DNA of 17,891 nucleotides from a virus (Duplodnaviria; Heunggongvirae; Uroviricota; Caudoviricetes): IMG/VR virus record IMGVR_UViG_2645727810_000023, positions 1 to 17,891 of that record; one strand, 5' to 3'. Shown piece by piece: positions 15,073 to 17,891 of this stretch (position 1 is its first letter; each line of letters starts with the position of its first letter). The notes under the pieces were generated by a model. It saw only the letters and a program-made list of their open reading frames with translations, ran no database searches and was not told where the DNA came from. The position numbers and the translations under genes were made by a program.

Positions 15073-15800
15073 TCACTATTACCAAAGGGCGACTGCTGAC
15101 AATCAAGCAGTGGCGCGAAACATACGGACCGGGTAGCAACGTTGTACTGCCAGCAGAAGAAGCGGAAGAACTGGCACGAATTGCACTGGTATCGCTGGAA
15201 GCAGAGCCGGTGGCAAAGATTATAGCTCATTACCCATTAGGAGTTGACGTAGGCAAACAAAAGTTCGTACAGGCCATTGGAGAGCTTCCTGACTTTGGCG
15301 GATATCTATTTGCCGCCCCTCCAGCGCCGATAGTGCCGGAAGAAATGTATTGGCAGGATGCGCCAGTTGAAGGCAGCAGCAAAGCGGCTGCATACGCTAC
15401 AGGCTGGAACGATTGCCGCGAAGCCATGCTTCAGTCCGGAAACTTTCGGGAAAATAAAGATTCGTCAACCAATAATTTTCGGAAAATCCCGGAAGCGTCA
15501 ACCAGCTCTCCGGTAACTCCGGCTCTTCTGCCTGGTGGTTTCACCATTGAGGAGGCGAAGGAATTACATGAAGACCTGGTACGCAGCCACATAAGCAAGG
15601 CCTTAAGTGGCGAAAAGATGAAAAAGAAAGATCGCGATGCTGATTTGCGCTGGATTCATGGCGTTATAGTTCAGGCAGCGTGGTTTGTAAAAGCATCACT
15701 GGAGCAGAATGCACTATCGGGCAACTCTCCGGTAACTCCGGATGGTTGGATAAGCTGTAGTGAGCGAATGCCGGACGACAGGCAGGAGGTGAATCAATGA
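15069..15800 (+). CDS. Hypothetical protein with internal repeat; C-terminus resembles the start of a DUF551-type domain but ends after a few residues
   Basis: 243 aa; 17-bp exact direct repeat CTCTCCGGTAACTCCGG at 15506-15522 and 15725-15741 encoding SPVTP twice. Ends ...DGWISCSERMPDDRQEVNQ. Confidence 0.55.
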   Translation: MITITKGRLLTIKQWRETYGPGSNVVLPAEEAEELARIALVSLEAEPVAKIIAHYPLGVDVGKQKFVQAIGELPDFGGYLFAAPPAPIVPEEMYWQDAPVEGSSKAAAYATGWNDCREAMLQSGNFRENKDSSTNNFRKIPEASTSSPVTPALLPGGFTIEEAKELHEDLVRSHISKALSGEKMKKKDRDADLRWIHGVIVQAAWFVKASLEQNALSGNSPVTPDGWISCSERMPDDRQEVNQ

Positions 15801-15880
15801 GCTGGCCTGATGCAATCGTAACTCTGTGGGTGGTATTCGCAGCAGCGTTTGTTGTGTTCTCGATTTGTCGATGGGGATAA
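15797..15880 (+). CDS. Possible 27-aa hydrophobic peptide (MSWPDAIVTLWVVFAAAFVVFSICRWG)
   Basis: Near-ideal SD AGGAGGT at 15784-15790, 6 nt before ATG at 15797, which overlaps the upstream stop (ATGA). Single predicted TM segment. Below ORF-track cutoff. Confidence 0.35.
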   Translation: MSWPDAIVTLWVVFAAAFVVFSICRWG

Positions 15881-15884
15881 CCAC

Positions 15885-16127
15885 ATGTTCGCTTTGATTC
15901 AACGCGGTCAGATATACACGGACAGAGCCGGATACCCCGTGGTGATTACTCGCATCACTGAGCACTCAGTGTTCTTTCGACGGATGGACGGACGATCCGG
16001 GCGGGTACGCATTGGTGAGTTAAACTGCCTGTTCGAACAAATTGACCACCAGGAGTACCGCAAAATTCTCGCGGACACTGAGCAGGAAAAGCACCTGAAA
16101 AAATTACGAGCCATAAAAAGGAAGTAA
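15885..16127 (+). CDS. Hypothetical small protein
   Basis: 80 aa from ATG at 15885 (ORF-track start 15849 is upstream in frame). Basic C-terminus. Confidence 0.5.
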   Translation: MFALIQRGQIYTDRAGYPVVITRITEHSVFFRRMDGRSGRVRIGELNCLFEQIDHQEYRKILADTEQEKHLKKLRAIKRK

Positions 16128-16130
16128 AGA

Positions 16131-16277
16131 ATGAATAAAGCATTTGAACGATGGGTCCACCAGCGTTACGGCAATCGCTATTACCTGACGCGAGATGTTG
16201 ACGGCTTCTACTGTCGTGAAGTTGTGAAGCGAATGTTTGAAGTGTGGTGCCACTGCCGTGGGCTGAGTGTTGTGTGA
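16131..16277 (+). CDS. Possible small Cys/His-containing protein (48 aa)
   Basis: AAGGAAG SD upstream of ATG at 16131; MNKAFERWVHQRYGNRYYLTRDVDGFYCREVVKRMFEVWCHCRGLSVV. Below ORF-track cutoff. Confidence 0.4.
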   Translation: MNKAFERWVHQRYGNRYYLTRDVDGFYCREVVKRMFEVWCHCRGLSVV

Positions 16278-16285
16278 GGTAATAC

Positions 16286-16522
16286 ATGGGCAATGTGATT
16301 CAACTGGCTCCCAATGAATGGGTTTGTGAAAGCGTTCTTATCGCAATTACCGGGCTCAAACCAGGCACAATTCTTCGGGCCCGGAAAGAATGCTGGATGG
16401 TTGGAAGAGAGTATATTCACGTATCACCAGACGGTAATCCAAAGCCTTCCAGTGAATGTATGTATAACAGAAAAGCAATAGATGCCTGGGTCGCCTCAAT
16501 GAAAAACAAACAACCCAGGTGA
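16286..16522 (+). CDS. xis: Excisionase (Xis)
   Basis: 78 aa immediately upstream of integrase; ITGLKPGTILRARKECWMVGREYIHVSPDG is typical of lambdoid prophage excisionases. GAGGT SD. Confidence 0.8.
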   Translation: MGNVIQLAPNEWVCESVLIAITGLKPGTILRARKECWMVGREYIHVSPDGNPKPSSECMYNRKAIDAWVASMKNKQPR

Positions 16523-16577
16523 TTTAATATCATGAAATATGTAAGCTCGTATCGCTCTTGGGCGTCTGGAGGTATCG

Positions 16578-17891
16578 ATGGATAAAGTCAAATATCCAAC
16601 AGGCGTCGAAAACCACGGCGGCACATTACGCATCTGGTTTAATTTTAAAGGTAAACGTGTCAGGGAAAATCTTGGTGTCCCTGACACTGCCAAGAACAGG
16701 AAGATCGCCGGGGAACTGCGGACATCAGTATGTTTTGCCATCCGCACAGGAAGCTTTGATTATGCTGCACAGTTCCCTGACTCCCCCAACCTTCAGGCTT
16801 TTGGGGTAAGTAAAAAAGAAATTACGGTGAAGGAACTTGAAGAAAAGTGGCTGGATCTGAAACGAATGGAAATCTCTGCAAATGCATTCAATCGCTATGA
16901 ATCCGTTGCAAGAACGATGGTTCCGAAAATTGGAGGCAGTAGACTGGTGTCATCGGTAACCAAAGAGGAATTGCTGTATATCAGGAAAGATTTGCTTACC
17001 GGGTATCAGAATTCAACGAAAAACAAAGCAGCAGCAAAAGGACGGAGCGTCGTTACTGTAAATTATTACATGACGACAATCGCTGGAATGTTTCAGTTTG
17101 CTGCAGATCACGGTTACTTAGAAGCAAATCCCTTCCAGGGAATTAAGCCTCTTAAAAGAGCCAGGGCAGAGCCAGATCCGCTAACTCGTGACGAATTTAT
17201 TCGCCTGATAGATGCTTGCCGACATCAGCAGACGAAAAACCTGTGGTCATTGGCTGTGTACACAGGAATGCGTCACGGTGAACTGGTCTCCCTGGCCTGG
17301 GAAGATATCGATTTGAAGGCAGGAACAATTACCATCAGGCGCAATTATACGAAACTTGGTGAGTTCACTCTACCGAAAACTGAAGCAAGCACAAACAGGG
17401 TTGTGCACCTTATCCAGCCCGCTATCAGTGTCCTGAAAAATCAGGCTGAAATGACAAGACTGGGTAAGCAGTACAACATCAAGGTGCAACTACGTGAATA
17501 TGGACGTTCAGTGAACCATGAATGTACTTTCGTGTTTAACCCTCAAGTGGTTAGAAAAAGCGAACAGGTAGGTTTTGTCTACAAAGTCGATTCTGTAGGT
17601 GACTCATGGGAAACAGCCATTAAGCGTGCAGGGATCAGGCATCGAAAGGCATACCAGTCACGACACACTTATGCGTGCTGGTCATTATCTGCCGGAGCAA
17701 ACCCAAGCTTCATTGCCAGCCAGATGGGCCATGCAAGTGCCCAGATGGTATTCAATGTATACGGAGCATGGATGACTGACAGCAATGCAGAACAGATCGC
17801 AATGCTGAATCAGAAGCTGACAGATTATGTCCCAATGATGCCCCATAGTCACCAAAGTGACACCAGAGGCTTATTAAAATCAGTAAGTTAA
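16578..17891 (+). CDS. int: Tyrosine site-specific integrase
   Basis: 437 aa; catalytic-type motifs TGMRHGEL (Arg), SRHTYACW (His-x-x-Arg region), GHASAQMVFNVYGAW (Tyr nucleophile). GGAGGT SD. Stop codon is the last triplet of the window. Confidence 0.9.
   Translation: MDKVKYPTGVENHGGTLRIWFNFKGKRVRENLGVPDTAKNRKIAGELRTSVCFAIRTGSFDYAAQFPDSPNLQAFGVSKKEITVKELEEKWLDLKRMEISANAFNRYESVARTMVPKIGGSRLVSSVTKEELLYIRKDLLTGYQNSTKNKAAAKGRSVVTVNYYMTTIAGMFQFAADHGYLEANPFQGIKPLKRARAEPDPLTRDEFIRLIDACRHQQTKNLWSLAVYTGMRHGELVSLAWEDIDLKAGTITIRRNYTKLGEFTLPKTEASTNRVVHLIQPAISVLKNQAEMTRLGKQYNIKVQLREYGRSVNHECTFVFNPQVVRKSEQVGFVYKVDSVGDSWETAIKRAGIRHRKAYQSRHTYACWSLSAGANPSFIASQMGHASAQMVFNVYGAWMTDSNAEQIAMLNQKLTDYVPMMPHSHQSDTRGLLKSVS

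Larger units (their letters stand above)
1..17891. mobile_element. Lambdoid prophage segment (lysis cassette through replication and immunity regions to xis-int); both boundaries lie outside the window
   Basis: Gene content and order: Rz/Rz1, endolysin, holin, Q-like, DnaB/DnaC/O-like, cro-like and cI divergent pair, excisionase, integrase. Tight operon structure with overlapping start and stop codons. Confidence 0.85.

Noticed and set aside
16553-16559. boxA-like CGCTCTT upstream of the integrase start (nut-site candidate)
   Set aside because: No adjacent boxB hairpin and no N-like gene in the window; a 7-mer match is expected by chance at this length.
17800-17891. attP / prophage-host junction at the right end
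   Set aside because: The window ends exactly at the integrase stop codon; the attachment site would lie beyond it and cannot be assessed.
1-17891. Shiga toxin or other obvious virulence cargo between Q and the lysis genes
   Set aside because: That slot is occupied by a DNA methyltransferase; no ORF with AB5-toxin-like signal-peptide subunits is present.

Overview
The whole window reads as one contiguous piece of a lambdoid prophage of the phage-21 / DLP12 type from an enterobacterium, lying inverted relative to the usual lambda map. From left to right: a minus-strand lysis cassette (Rz cut by the window edge, embedded Rz1, SAR-type endolysin, dual-start pinholin); a beta-class N6-adenine DNA methyltransferase bracketed by two intrinsic terminators; a Q-like late antiterminator; a DUF968-like protein; a replication module (DnaB-like helicase, DnaC-like loader, O-like initiator with internal iterons); three small coupled genes; two Rha-like regulators; and a cro-like gene. 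This is followed by a divergent operator region, a LexA/S24-type CI repressor on the plus strand, a more A+T-rich run of small uncharacterised plus-strand accessory genes, an excisionase and a tyrosine integrase whose stop codon is the last base of the window. Most minus-strand genes are chained by ATGA/GTGA start-stop overlaps and preceded by strong Shine-Dalgarno sequences, which supports the calls. All family assignments are from reading the translations and recalled motifs; no database search was run. I did not find a defined, recognisable novel system. The best candidates for something undescribed are a plus-strand intrinsic terminator with a possible oop-like antisense sRNA inside the minus-strand early operon, the uncharacterised accessory cluster between cI and xis-int, and the terminator-insulated methyltransferase island.
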